Assembly: GCF_020745735.1 (NCBI RefSeq) | Contig: NC_083449.1 | Location: forward strand, 5,368,923-5,432,922 | Length of the DNA: 64,000 bases | Source of the DNA: Hemiscyllium ocellatum | Lineage: Eukaryota | Direction of reading: 5' to 3' | In this document: positions 13,100-24,778 of the stretch, piece after piece | How positions within the stretch are numbered: position 1 is the first letter of the stretch | Layout of the letters: the number at the start of each line of letters is the position of its first letter | Position numbers and translations under genes: made by a program | Notes under the pieces: generated by a model | What the model saw: the letters and a program-made list of their open reading frames with translations, nothing else | Database searches by the model: none | What the model was told of the DNA's origin: nothing

Positions 13100-14300
13100 A
13101 AACTAGCACTATAGTTATTAAAAGTCAGATGACAGCAGAACTGATGCCAAATTGTCCTTTCCATAGAGACACTGACAATGAGTGGATGAAGTTCACATTC
13201 CCAACAATTACTGCAGAACTGATGTCCCAGTGCAGACATGATAGACGGAGTAGTCTGCTTCAGAGCTGTACCATATCAGTGACTCTGATTTTGATGAGAA
13301 AGGAGATGACATGCTGTTGTGTTGCATATTGGTATAAAAAATATCAGACAGAAATGGACTGACATGTAGAATAAAACTCTCTTTCACAAAATAAACACCA
13401 ACAATGTCTGGGTACAAATTGAAACTAAATATCTCAGTGATACCACAGATCCCAGATTCTCTTCCCAAACAGAAAATACGTGACCATAATTCAGAATGGT
13501 TCTCAGGATAAAGCAGTTTCCCTTCTGCCATCGCCCTTTCTCCTCTCTCCCCCATCCACCGCGACAGACTGACAGTCAACTAAAAAAAATCAGAAAATGT
13601 GGAAAAGATGAAGATCCAGTCTCAACACCCTCATAACAAATATCTCAGAATGTATCACACAGACACAGAGAATATTATTAGCTTTCACTTTGATACACAA
13701 GAATAGTCACTGACAAGTGCAGGCTGATAACTACACACTCATTCATGTTGCAGAAATAGACAAACAAATGATGATGACACAGTTACTGTGATGCAAATCT
13801 GTGACTAATAGTCTCCATCGGTCAGTTTCTCTCAACTGAAGACTCACACTCGCATTGCAGTAACTGTCAGGGACAGATTAACAACTACCCTCTCATTCAC
13901 GAAGCTAAAACTGACAGGAACAGAATGATAATTACATGTCCAGTTTCACAGAGTATAAACTGACAAGTAAACTCTGACAACGATGCTCGTATACACAGAG
14001 CAGAGTCTCACAGGTAGATATTAGTACCTGCACTGTTCACATTCATAAAATGAGATCCGACAGGTAGAAATCTATATTTAAGTTCACATATTGACAAGGC
14101 AGAGATTGAGGGGCATAGATTGGTAACTGCATTCACATACCGATAGGAGAAATTGACAATAATACATTAATATTGACAGTCTCAATTCACGGAGCAGGAA
14201 CAGACTGGTAAATACACTCACATTCACATTGAGGAAATGGACAGGGAGAGATTGATAGTTACATGCATATAGAAGTAACTGACATTGATAACTACATTGG
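13100..14300 (+). repeat. Highly degenerate ~50-bp tandem satellite
   Basis: Recurring aactgacagg(t/g)a(c/g)agattgataactac...attcaca units, clearest at 13700-14300. Confidence 0.6.
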
Positions 14301-15350
14301 TTATATAAATGATTAGGAGTTGGGTGTTGAGGATATAATTTCTGAATTTGCAGTTGATCCTAACCCAGGGCGATGAATGATTGGGAGGATGATGCTGAGT
14401 GACTTCACAGGGAGATTGTCAAGTTGGCCAAATGAGCAGATATCTGACGATTAATTCCAATGCAGAGAAATGTGAGGTAATGCATTTTGCTAACAGAAAC
14501 ACACGGCAGCAATGCAGGGTCAATGGTACATCTTTGAAGGGAGCACTGAAGCAGAGGGACCTCGGGATTATCATTCTCTTAAGTTGAAAATGTGTTGCTG
14601 GAAAAGCGCAGCAGGTCAGGCAGCATCCAAGGAGCAGGAGAATTGACGTTTTGGGCATGAGCTCTTCTTCAGGAATGCCCGAAACTTCGATTCTCCTGCT
14701 CCTTGGACGCTGCCTGACCCTGCTGCGCTTTTCCAACAACACATTTTCAGCTCTGATCTCCAGCATCTGCAGTCCTCACTTTCTCCCATTCTCTTAAGTT
14801 GGCCAGGCAAGCTGAAGAAGGCTTATAGGATCCTTGTGGTTATAGAGACATTGAGTATAAAACTGAGGAAATGATGCTACACTCTACAACTCATTGGTCA
14901 GATCAGTTTTGTTCAGTTCTGGGCATTTTATTTAAGATAGGAACTTCAAGCTCTGAAGAGCATTCATTGAAGATTTACTAGAATGATAGCAGGAATGAAT
15001 AATTTTACATATAAGGAAAGATTAGTGATATCAGGCTCCTTTTCTTTAGAGCAGAGAAAATTAAGAAGGGAACCTTACGGGGGTGTTCAAAATTATGCAG
15101 AATTTTGCCATGGGAAAGAAGAATATTTTGTTACCAGTAGTTGGTATGTCAGTAACTCGGGGTCACAATTTCAAGATTGTCAGTAAGAGAGCTAGATGTG
15201 AGATGAGGAGAAACGTCTTTACACAGAGTTGTTAGGAATTGGATTGTGCAGCCTCGGATCATGGTGGAGATAGATTCCATGTGAGGTATGAAAAGAGAGC
15301 TGGATATGTACTGGGAGTGATGAAATTAGAGGGCAATGAAGATAGGGCTG
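14300..15350 (+). mobile_element. CR1 3' fragment interrupted by a Penelope hairpin
   Basis: NAEKCEVMHF...QRDLG motif; FSLEQRKLR motif; sequence continues across the 14587-14786 insertion. Confidence 0.75.
14587..14786. mobile_element. Penelope-like terminal repeat family A, 200-bp fold-back insertion with 15-bp TSD
   Basis: TSD cattctcttaagttg at 14572-14586 and 14787-14801; internal inverted repeat; tail ...cactttctcc same as the end of the Penelope at 37404. Confidence 0.85.
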
Positions 15351-15688
15351 GAAAACAATCCTGCCTTGAATTATTTCCAGCTGACCACAATTTAAACAAA
15401 AGATGGAAAGTACAGCATAAAATCTGAAATCTCTGCCATTAACAGTTAGATTGTGATACAGTGGGATCAACTGACACACTGAGGGTTGTGGGAGAGACAG
15501 TTATGCAGATGGTTTCTCAAGACAAGTCCATCTTTGGAACTGACATCCCGTTGAGTGAATTGAGACAAAGCCTAGCCTAGTCACAGAAACGTCACATTGC
15601 TCTGCCTTCTCTTCCTTGTCCTCCTTTTTTGCTGGAAGGTAGGATTACTATTGATCAATTTGTGAAGCTTCACAGGCTTTCTTCTGTC

Positions 15689-15820
15689 TCACAATGTCCA
15701 TGGACGGTTGGCATAAACGTTTCCCTCTTCATCTTGACCTGGGTCCTCATCCTCTCCCGTATCTTTGCGCCTCAGGGTGGCGTATGTGATGCAGGGTGGT
15801 TGCTGCTCTGCTTGGTCAGC
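15689..15820 (-). pseudogene. Terminal cytoplasmic exon ADQAEQQPPCITYATLRRKD...GNVYANRPWTL*
   Basis: Acceptor ctgttttcag; ITIM consensus I-T-Y-A-T-L and a second tyrosine motif NVYAN. Confidence 0.75.
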
Positions 15821-15859
15821 CTGAAAACAGGTCAATATGTAGTAGATCGGAGCAGGACC

Positions 15860-16730
15860 AATATTGGTGGCGTTGTGGACAGAAAATGTGATCGAAGAGT
15901 ACAATGGAAATTTGATCAACTGGGCCAGTGAGTCACAGAGTAGTAGAAGAAGTTTAATTTAATAAATGTGAGTGTTGCATTTTGGTAAGGCAAACCAGGG
16001 CAAGACCTATACTGCTTATTGTACAAGTCTAGGAAGTGTTTACGAACAAACAGACCTAGGGAGTGCACGTAGACAGTTCCTTAAATGTGGGATTGCATTT
16101 AGACACAATGGTGAAGGCGGCGTTTGGCATGCTTGCCTTCACTGGTCAGAGCACTGACGACAGAGGTTGGAGCATCATGTTACAGCTATACAGGATGTTG
16201 GTGAGGCCACTTTTAGAACACTGTGTGCAGTTCTGGTCAACATGCTGTGGAAAGGATGTTCTTAAGCTCGAAAGGGTACAGAAAACATTTACAAAGATGT
16301 TATCACAACTGTAGGGTTTGAGTTTTAAGAAGAAGCTGCATAATCTGGGAACTTTTCTCCCCTGAAGCATCAGAGGCTGAGGAGTGACCTTATAGAGGTT
16401 ATAAAATCACGAGGGGCATAGATAAGATAAATAGCTGTGGTCTTTTCCCCAGGGTAGGGGTGTCCAAAACAAGTGGGCATAGGTTTAAGGTGAGAGGGAA
16501 AGATTAAAAAGGGATCTGAGAGGTAAACTTATCACACAGAGGACGCTGCCAGAGAAAGTGATAGAGGCAGGTACAATGACAACATTTCAGAGACATTTGG
16601 AAAGGGACATGGATAAGAAAAGTTTAGAGAGATACAGGCCAAATGCAGACAAATGGGACTAGTTGAGTTTGGGAAACCTGGTCGGCATGGGCGAGTTGGG
16701 CTGAAGGGCCTGTTTCAGTGCTGTATGACT
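15860..16730 (+). mobile_element. CR1 3' fragment
   Basis: LHFGKANQG, LYRMLVRPLLEHCVQFWS, LERVQKTFTKML motifs and 3'UTR ending ctgtatgactc. Confidence 0.85.
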
Positions 16731-17799
16731 CGGTGAAAACAGATGAGAATAACAAACTTTGCCTGAAAGACAATCAGAGTGTACAGGAGGAGATGTGAAA
16801 ATATGGGGTCATAAGACAGACCAATTTCTCTTGGCAAAGCACATGACTGGAACAAGCCTAAAAGTGACCCTGACAAATGTTATTTCTCTGTACTCCGAAC
16901 AGGATGTGGTCATCTCTGCCAAGGTGGGAATTGGATGCAATTCCGAAATGTCCTTGAATCAATCGACTTGCTCAGCCAGAAGGCAGTGAAGAGTTTGCAA
17001 AGGGTTAGGAATCACGTGCAGAGCAGAGCGGGTAAGGAGGTCAGATTTCATTCCCTTAAGGATCATCACAGACAGGAACAGAAGGCCATTCGGCCCCTTG
17101 AGCCTGCTCAGCCATTCAATAGAATCGTGACTGATGCCCCATTCCTCACACTCACCTTTCTGCACTTAACATGAAACCCTCAATTCCCTGACTGATCAAG
17201 AACCTATCAATCCCAGCCTTAAACCTGCTCCCTGCCCCTTCACATCGCTCCCTGTGACAACCTTCTGAGAGAAGAAATTCCTCCTCGCCTCAGCCTTCAA
17301 CTTTGAACCAGATGGTTGTTTGTTCCTGACAACAGTCATCATTAGAGTCTTAACTCCAGATCTGTTTTTGATTAAAATTGAATTCCTTATTCACCACCTG
17401 CCACAGCAAGATTCACATTCACATCTCCAGGACATACCCTGGGGAGCTGAAAACATAGGATTTTGCTTCCACATTATTTCAGAAACACATCAAAAATTGT
17501 GAATCTCATCAAAATTGAAACCGGAATACATTGCCCACATCATTGAGCTAAACATCAATGTCGCCAAACTCCATACAGTGTGCGAAGAGACCATTCAGCC
17601 CATCCAGTCTGTGCCAATCCAGGGAAGAATATCCCACCCAGACCCTACTCCCATAACCCTGCATTAACCATAGCTAATCCTCCTAACCTGCACATCGTCA
17701 AATCCTACAGTGTGAAAGCAGGCCTTTCGGCCCATCAGGTCCATAATGATCCTCTGAATAGCATCCCACAGGACACACTACCCAACCCTGTCACTGTAA

Positions 17800-18040
17800 C
17801 CCTGCATTTCCCATGACAAACCCTCCTAGCCTGTATAACCCTCACACACTATTGGCAACTTCACATGGCCAATCCATCTAAACTGCACATCTTTGGACTG
17901 TGGGAGGAAACCAGAGCGCCCAGAGAAAACCCAGGCAAAGAAGGAGAGAATGTGCAAACTCCCAATAGACAGTCATCTGCGGCTGGGATTGTTGCTGGGT
18001 TCCTGGCGCTGTGAGGCAGCAATGCTAACCACTGAGCCAC
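17800..18040 (-). mobile_element. HE1-like tRNA SINE (paralog at ~40300-40540)
   Basis: Reverse complement gtggctcagtggttagcattgctgcctcacagcgccagg. Confidence 0.8.
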
Positions 18041-18067
18041 CCAATGTTTTTGCCACTGGCCATGTAG

Positions 18068-18290
18068 GGGTTGGTTAGCTCAGTTGATTCTATAGTTGGC
18101 TTTCAATGTATAGTCAGACTGACAGCATGCGGTTCAATTGCTGCTCTGGTTGAGATTGCTGTGAATAATCATTCCCTGTGCCTTAGATGTGGTGACCCTC
18201 AGGTTAAACCATAAAACAGTTGTTGCTTTTTCTCTCTGTCTCCCTCACACCTCTTTCTCCCTCTCTCTAATGAGACAATGGTGACTTTAC
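18068..18290 (+). mobile_element. Second tRNA-derived SINE family (also ~21833-22010, ~40570-40780, ~46674-46845)
   Basis: A-box TTAGCTCAGTTG and B-box-like GGTTCAATT followed by a shared gtgaccctcaggttaaacc body. Confidence 0.6.
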
Positions 18291-21200
18291 ATTAATCACC
18301 TGCTAAAAACATAACTTTGCTGATTAAAAATTAACTGCCTTCTTTTTCACTGCTTAGGTGTTTCCTTCCTGACACAGGATTTCAGTAAGCTGTAAATAAG
18401 ACATTTTACCAACAGTACATATCTAAATGAACTGGGAGAGGATGCACAGGGAGATTTATCAGCATATTGCCTTGGGGGCTGGAGAGTTTCAGTGAGGGAG
18501 AGAGATTGGACAGACTGGGGTTATTGTCCTTACAGCAGAGTAGATTGAACGAGAGGAATGTATAAAATGATGAGGGGTGAAAATAGGGTCGGCAGGGAGA
18601 AACATTCCCCCCTTGACGGAGGTGGGGCGAGGGGCACAGATTGAAGGTAAGGGCCAGGAGGTTTCGAGGGGATGAGAGGAAAATCTTATTCAAAAAGAGG
18701 TGGGAGAGGCAGAAACCGTCATCACTTTGAAGGAGGAGTTAGATGCGCACTTGTGACACCAAGGTTATGGGGCCAAGTACAGGGGAAATGGGATTAGGGA
18801 ACTGTGAGGTGGTTTTTCTCACCGGCACAGATTCGATGGGCCAATGGGTCTTTTTCTGGGCTGTAGACCTCTTGGAAACTATGACTAACCCATTTTGAGA
18901 TGTGAATTCCACATCCAAGATACCATCTAACCATAACATGATTTTGTACATTTCATGTTCAGAGATGAGGAGTTTGTTGTTGAAAAAAGAAATTGAGCAG
19001 TTTAGGCCAATACTCTCTGGAGTTGAGGAAGAGGGGAGAGCCAACTGAGGGATATAGGACGCTAAAGGGGGTGGGATTGACAAAGGAGACAGACAGAGTA
19101 TGTTTCCTCATGTGGGACAGTTTCGAATGAGAGGATCATTGTTTCAGGAGAATGGGGTGGGACAGATTGAAAACAGAGATGGTGAGGAAAGTCTTCTCTC
19201 CAAGGGAGATGAGGTGGGAATCTCTGGAAATTCACCCCCCAGTGTGTGGGGGCATATGGGGACACTGAATAAATTGAAGGAGGGGACCGACCGATTGTTG
19301 ATTAGTGAGGGCAGGAAATTGGAGTTGAGATTGTGATGAGATCAGCCACAGCTGTATAGAATGAGGGAAGCAGGGTTTCGAAGGCTCCTAGCCCGTATGT
19401 TGTGTTGGTGGTCCAGCTGCCCGAACACCTTTTAGTGTGGGCAACTCATAGCACATGCTCAGAAAGCTCTGAATCTGAGGGACTCAACTGTGTGCTGCAT
19501 CACAGTCGCTTCATCACTTAGCAACCAAGACTATATGATATAGCAACCATTCAGCCCAACAAGTCTGCTCCACCATTCCATCATGGCTGATATGTTTCTT
19601 AACCCCATTCTCCTGCCTTCTCTCTAGTGATCAAGAATCTCTGTCTTAAAGACATAATTACAGCCGTCTGCAGTAATGTTTTCCATAGATTTCCCACTGT
19701 CTGGCTGAAGAAACTCCTTCTCATTATGGAACTAGGTCAAGGGGCTGAATGGCCTCCTTCTACTCCTTTATATGAATATTCCACAATAATAAATCTTGGA
19801 ACCCCTGCAGTTACAAAGTGGCACTTTCACACACCAGAGCAATTAGTGATTTCAAATAGAAACCACAAGTCCAAATATTTTATTTTCACATGTTCCAGAT
19901 TCCCACCATCTTCTGGGGGAAACAATCTTCAAATCCCTCCTTAAACCTCTTGTCCTTCACTTTAAAATGATGTCCCCCTTGTTACTGATCTTTCGACTAA
20001 GGGAAACAGCTGCTTCCTGTCCCCCTGTCCATGTCCCTCATAACAGAGTCAGAATCACACAGCAAGGAAACAGACCCTTCAGTCCAACTACTCCATGCCG
20101 TCCATAATCTCAATCTAAACTAGTCCCACTTGTTTTCACTTGGCCCATATCTCTCCAAACCCTTCCTATTCTTGGACTTACTTAAATGTCTTTTAAACAT
20201 TGTAACTGTCCTCATACCTGCCACTTCCTCTGAAAGTTCAATCCATACATGAACCACTCTCCGTCAAAAAAATGTTACCCATCATGTCATTTTCAAAAAT
20301 ATGTCCCCTGGTCTTGAAGTCCCCCCACCCTTGGGAAAAGACACCTGCCATTCACCTCATCTATGACTATCGTGATTTCATAAACTTCTATATCCCTCAA
20401 ACTTCTACCCTCCAGTGAAAATAGTCCCAGTCCTTATAACTCAGATGCTCCATTCCCAACAACATTCTGATATATCTTTTCTGAATCCTCTCCAACTTAA
20501 TAATGTGCTTCCTCCAACAGGGCAACCAGAACTGGACACAATACACCAGAACAGGCTTCACCAGTGTCCTGTACAACCACAACAGGGTGTCCGAACTCCA
20601 AAACTCAATTGTGTGAACAATGGAGGCAAGTGTTCTAAACACCTTCTCAAACACCCTGTTTACCTGTGACACAAAATACGAAGAAGTGTGTACCTGAAAC
20701 CCTAGGGTTCTTTGCCCTACACACTACCGATCTTTCACACCTCTATCATGTCCCCCTCCCCCATCAACCTTCTCTGTTGCAAAGGAAACAACCCAAACTT
20801 CCCTCCAATGTTTCCAGGAAGAGATTTATTTTTGCGGAACTTCCCAATCAGACAAATACCAATACATGATGGTGTAAGATCAACAGCTCACAGATTCATA
20901 CTCATCGTTCAATCGAATTGACTCGATTTCCCACCGTCTCCCTTGGAAGGAAATATTTCCAGACCATTACCCAACCAAGTTCCAATCCCGCTCACAACAA
21001 CAATTTGCTGCTGTTCATGTATGAAAACCCCTGGCAACAAGGTCACTGAGCCATGGTCCCAAGGAATGACCTCTTGGAATTGTCCAGAATGTGGCTCAGA
21101 ACTTCTACGTTCACAGAATCACAAAATGTTACTGCACAGTAGGAGGCCATTCGTGTCTGTACCAGCTCCTGAAAGGGCAATCCAGCTAGACCCACTTTCC

Positions 21201-22581
21201 AGCCCTATCTCCGTAGCCCACGTATCCCTTTTAAATTTCTATCCAGCTCTCTTTTCGATCCTCCTATGGAATCCACCTCCACCACTCTCCCAAGGAGCAC
21301 ATTCCAAACCCAACAACCCAAATAAATTTTTCCTCATCTCACTCTCACTGGCAATCTTGAAATTCTGACCAGCCAATTACTAATTGACCAATGAGTGAGA
21401 AACAACAACTTTCTTTCCCCCTGTCATAATTGTTGATAACTTTCAACATCTCAATAAGGTCAACACTTCATCTTCTCTGCTTGAAAGAGAATAAGCTCAA
21501 TCTCTTCAACCACTCCCTCTATCTGAAATCCCTCATCGTCAGTATCATTCTCATAAATCTCCTTCACACTGTCTGCAGGGTCTGAACAGCCTTCCTTAAG
21601 TAAGGTGTCCAGAACAGAACAGAACCAGCCTGTGTAACAGAAGGCCAACTCCCTTTGTCAAATGTATTTCTAAATTCAGCTTCTGTTGCCTGTGAAGGTA
21701 AGGTGTTACACACATACACAGAAATACCCAACAGATCAAAGGCTTATCTCCAATATGATCTAATATTCTCCATTCAATATTTGTGCTATCACTGGAATTA
21801 ATTTCTTTTCTGCTCTGTACTTTGTTTTGGATGTTGGGTTAGCTCAGTTGGCTGGATGGCTGGTTTGGAATATGGAGTAACATCAACAGCGTGGGTTTGA
21901 ATCTCTCACTGCCTGAGGTTACCATGAAGGACTGTCCTTCTCCACTCCTCCCCTTGTGTGAGACATGGTAACCCTCAAGTTAAACTACCACCTACCAGTT
22001 ATCACTCTGTCTCTCTCTGACACTCCAACTGAGGTCCACCAGGAACTGTTGGAAGAATCAGCTGAAGAAAATGAGAGAGAAACAACATGGGAAAGTTTTA
22101 CTATAAATATTCAGCTTCTCCTGCTTGCAAATGAATCTGGATTCCTTGACCGATGCGCAAGCAACAATTATTCCAATTTTAATCTTTAGTTTATATCTGG
22201 GCTGACCACTCCTCTGAACACAACACATTACATTGTATATCTCCCCAAGTAATTTCATCTGCCACTTGTTCAGCCTGCCCACATCCTCACAAAGCACGTT
22301 CCCACAGTGTTTTATTATTTGTTTTTAAATTAACTTGTGGATTGTGGAAATCATTGGCTGGGCTGAGAATTTATTATCCATCCCTCGTTGGCCACTTGAG
22401 AAGGAGTTACTGAACTGCCTTCTTGAACCATTGCAGTCCCTGTGTTGTAGGTAGACTCACAATACCATTAGAGAGGGAATTCCAGGATTTTGACCCAGCA
22501 CCATTAAATGAATAGCTAATATATTTCCAAAGTTAAAAATCACAACACCAGGTTATAGTCCAACAGGTTTAATTGGAAGTA

Positions 22582-22616
22582 CACTAGCTTTCGGAGCAAT
22601 GCTCCTTCATCAGGTG
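22582..22616 (-). ncRNA. Minimal type I hammerhead ribozyme motif (family B)
   Basis: CAC-CTGATGA-A-GGAGC-ATT-GCTCC-GAAA-GC-TA-GTG: complete core, stem II and stem I. Confidence 0.7.
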
Positions 22617-23506
22617 ATAGTGGAGGGCTCGATCGTAACATAGAATTTATAGCAAAAATTTGTAGTGTGATGTAACTGACATTACACATTGAAAAATTGA
22701 TTGTCTGTTAAGCCTTTCATATATTAGAATACAGTGATAGTCTCACTTCTTTCATGTGTAAATCACAAAACCCTTCTTTTTAAAGTTGCATTCTTGGGTT
22801 AGCTGCTAACAATGGTGATAGCTAGACAATATGTTGAAGGTGTTGGCCCTCTGTGTTCTCTGTCTATGACCTGATGTTGAGATTGATTCTAATCTAAAAA
22901 GTGAGATAACAGAGTTTTATATAAATTCATGCAGTTTTTGAGCTCAGAGTTCTACATGAATGTATGCAGTTTTTGAGCAAAGTGCAATGTAACTCTGCAA
23001 GTACAAATTCACCCCACAAAATATATGTGTGCATGTGGGTCTTTATCTGTCTCTGTGTGTCTGTCTGTGTGGGATGGGGGTTGTGAGTGTGAGAAAGTGT
23101 GTGTGTGTGTGTGTAGTGAGTGCAGAGTGTCTTAAGTCTGTGAGTGGGTGCATGTCTGAGTGTGGGAGTGTGTGTGTCTATAAGGATGTGTGTGGGTGTC
23201 TGTGTGCGCGTCTGTGTGTACCTGTGTCCATGTAGTGCAATGGTGATCACCGTAATGTGACATGAACTCAAGGTCCCGGTTGAGACCTTCCCGATGGGTA
23301 CCGAACTTAGCTATCAGCCTCTGCTTGGCCACTTGCCTCTGCTGCCTGTCCCGAAGTCCACCTTGGAGGATGGTCACCCGAAGGTCCGAGGCTGAATGTC
23401 CTGGACCTCTGAAGTGTTCCCCAACTGGGAGGGAACCCTCCTGTCTGTTGATTGTTGTGCGGTGCCCATTCATCCGTTGTCGTAGCCTTTGACACTCTGC
23501 ACTCAC

Positions 23507-23543
<37 letters not shown>

Positions 23544-24021
23544 TCTCACACTCACAACCCCCATCCCAGACAGACAGACACACACACACAGACAGACAAA
23601 GACCCACATGTACACATGTATTTTGTGGGTGAATTTGTATTGCAGAGTTACATTGCACTTTGCTCAAAAACTGCATACATTCATGTAGAACTCGGAGCTC
23701 AAAAACTGCATGAATTTATGTAAAACTCTGTTATCTCACTTTTTAAGATTAGAAACAATCTAAACATCAGGTCATAGACAGAGAACACAGAGGGCTAACA
23801 CCTTCAACATATTGTCTAGCTATCACCATTGTTAACAGCTAACCCGAGAATGCAACTTTAAAAAAAAAGTTTTGTGATTTACACATGAAAGAAGTGAAAC
23901 TATCACTGTATTCTAATAGATGAAAGGCTTAACAGACAATCAATTTTTCAATGTATAATTTCAGTTACATCACACTGCAAATTTTTGCTATAAATTGTGT
24001 TACGATCGAGCCCTCCACTAT

Positions 24022-24056
24022 CACCTGATGAAGGAGCGTCACTCCGAAAGCTAGTG
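24022..24056 (+). ncRNA. Minimal type I hammerhead ribozyme motif (family B, mirror copy)
   Basis: CAC-CTGATGA-A-GGAG-CGTCA-CTCC-GAAA-GC-TA-GTG. Confidence 0.7.
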
Positions 24057-24158
24057 TGCTTCTAATTAAACCTGTTGGACTATAACATGGTGTTGTGTGA
24101 TTTTTAACTTTGTACACCCCAGTCCAACACCAGCATCTCCAAATCAATATATTTCCAA

Positions 24159-24445
24159 GTTGGGATGGTGAGTGGCTGAGGGGGAAACTTGCAAGAGGTG
24201 GTATTCTCATGTATCTGCTGTCCTTGCCCTGCGAGGTGGAAGTGGTTGTGGGTTTGGAAGGTGCTACCTGAGAACCTTTGGTGAATGTCTGCAGTGAACC
24301 TCAGGTGGTACACACTGCTGCTACTGAGCACAAGTGATGGAGAGAGTGGATGGTGTGGATGTGGCGCCAATCAAGCAGAGGCTGTGTTGTCCCTGGATGG
24401 TGTTCGGCTTCTCAAGTGTTGCCTACAAGGTGCACTGCAGAAGTG
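24159..24445 (-). mobile_element. LINE (CR1/L2-clade, second family) 3' end, continuous with ~22330-22530 across the Penelope insertion
   Basis: Minus strand encodes TLEKPNTIQ...LIGATST, resembling a LINE RT C-terminus; related copy at ~43190-43545. Confidence 0.55.
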
Positions 24446-24676
24446 AGTGAGTATGTATTGCGTGCATGTAATAGCATGTGTGAGTGTCAATGAGAATGTA
24501 CGTGTCTCTCTCTCTCTCTCACGCACACACATGCACACCTTCATACTGTTACCCAAACACCGTTCCACTTATACTCTCTCATACATACACCCTCATACGC
24601 TCTATGTGAGCAACATGAGTTTGAAACCCAAGTGGAGCAGGATCACCAGTGTTACCTGCTGGAATGTCTCACCCAC

Positions 24677-24778
24677 CTTGTTTCCTGTTCTGGAGTTTAA
24701 TTGGAAGCAATGTGACGAGAGAAAGGGTCAGAAACATTGGGACAATGAGTACTCCCATCTCAGTACTGTGTTCCTGTG
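24677..24778 (-). pseudogene. Transmembrane exon (phase 1-1): AQEHSTEMGVLIVPMFLTLSLVTLLPIKLQNRKQ
   Basis: atccag acceptor, G|GTGGGT donor, 102 nt, ~20 hydrophobic residues followed by a basic stop-transfer. Confidence 0.75.

Larger units (their letters stand above)
16031..22039 (+). repeat. Segmental duplication copy 1 (paralog of ~38513-46941)
   Basis: Same ordered series of unique and repeat segments, e.g. 16741 agatgagaataacaaactttgcc vs 39206 ggatgagaatgacaaactttgcc; 21640 vs 46480. Confidence 0.9.
22531..24145. mobile_element. Penelope-like family B insertion: 1.6-kb palindrome with central GIY-YIG C-terminal fragment, 13-bp TSD
   Basis: Arms ~22531-23131 and ~23491-24110 are inverted copies; minus-strand RLRQRMNGHR...PVGEHF...HSASDLRVTIL...GLNRD; TSD aatatatttccaa 22518-22530 / 24146-24158. 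Confidence 0.9.

Noticed and set aside
22927-23688. HT/CV-rich ORFs
   Set aside because: Translations of CA/TG microsatellites within the Penelope repeat
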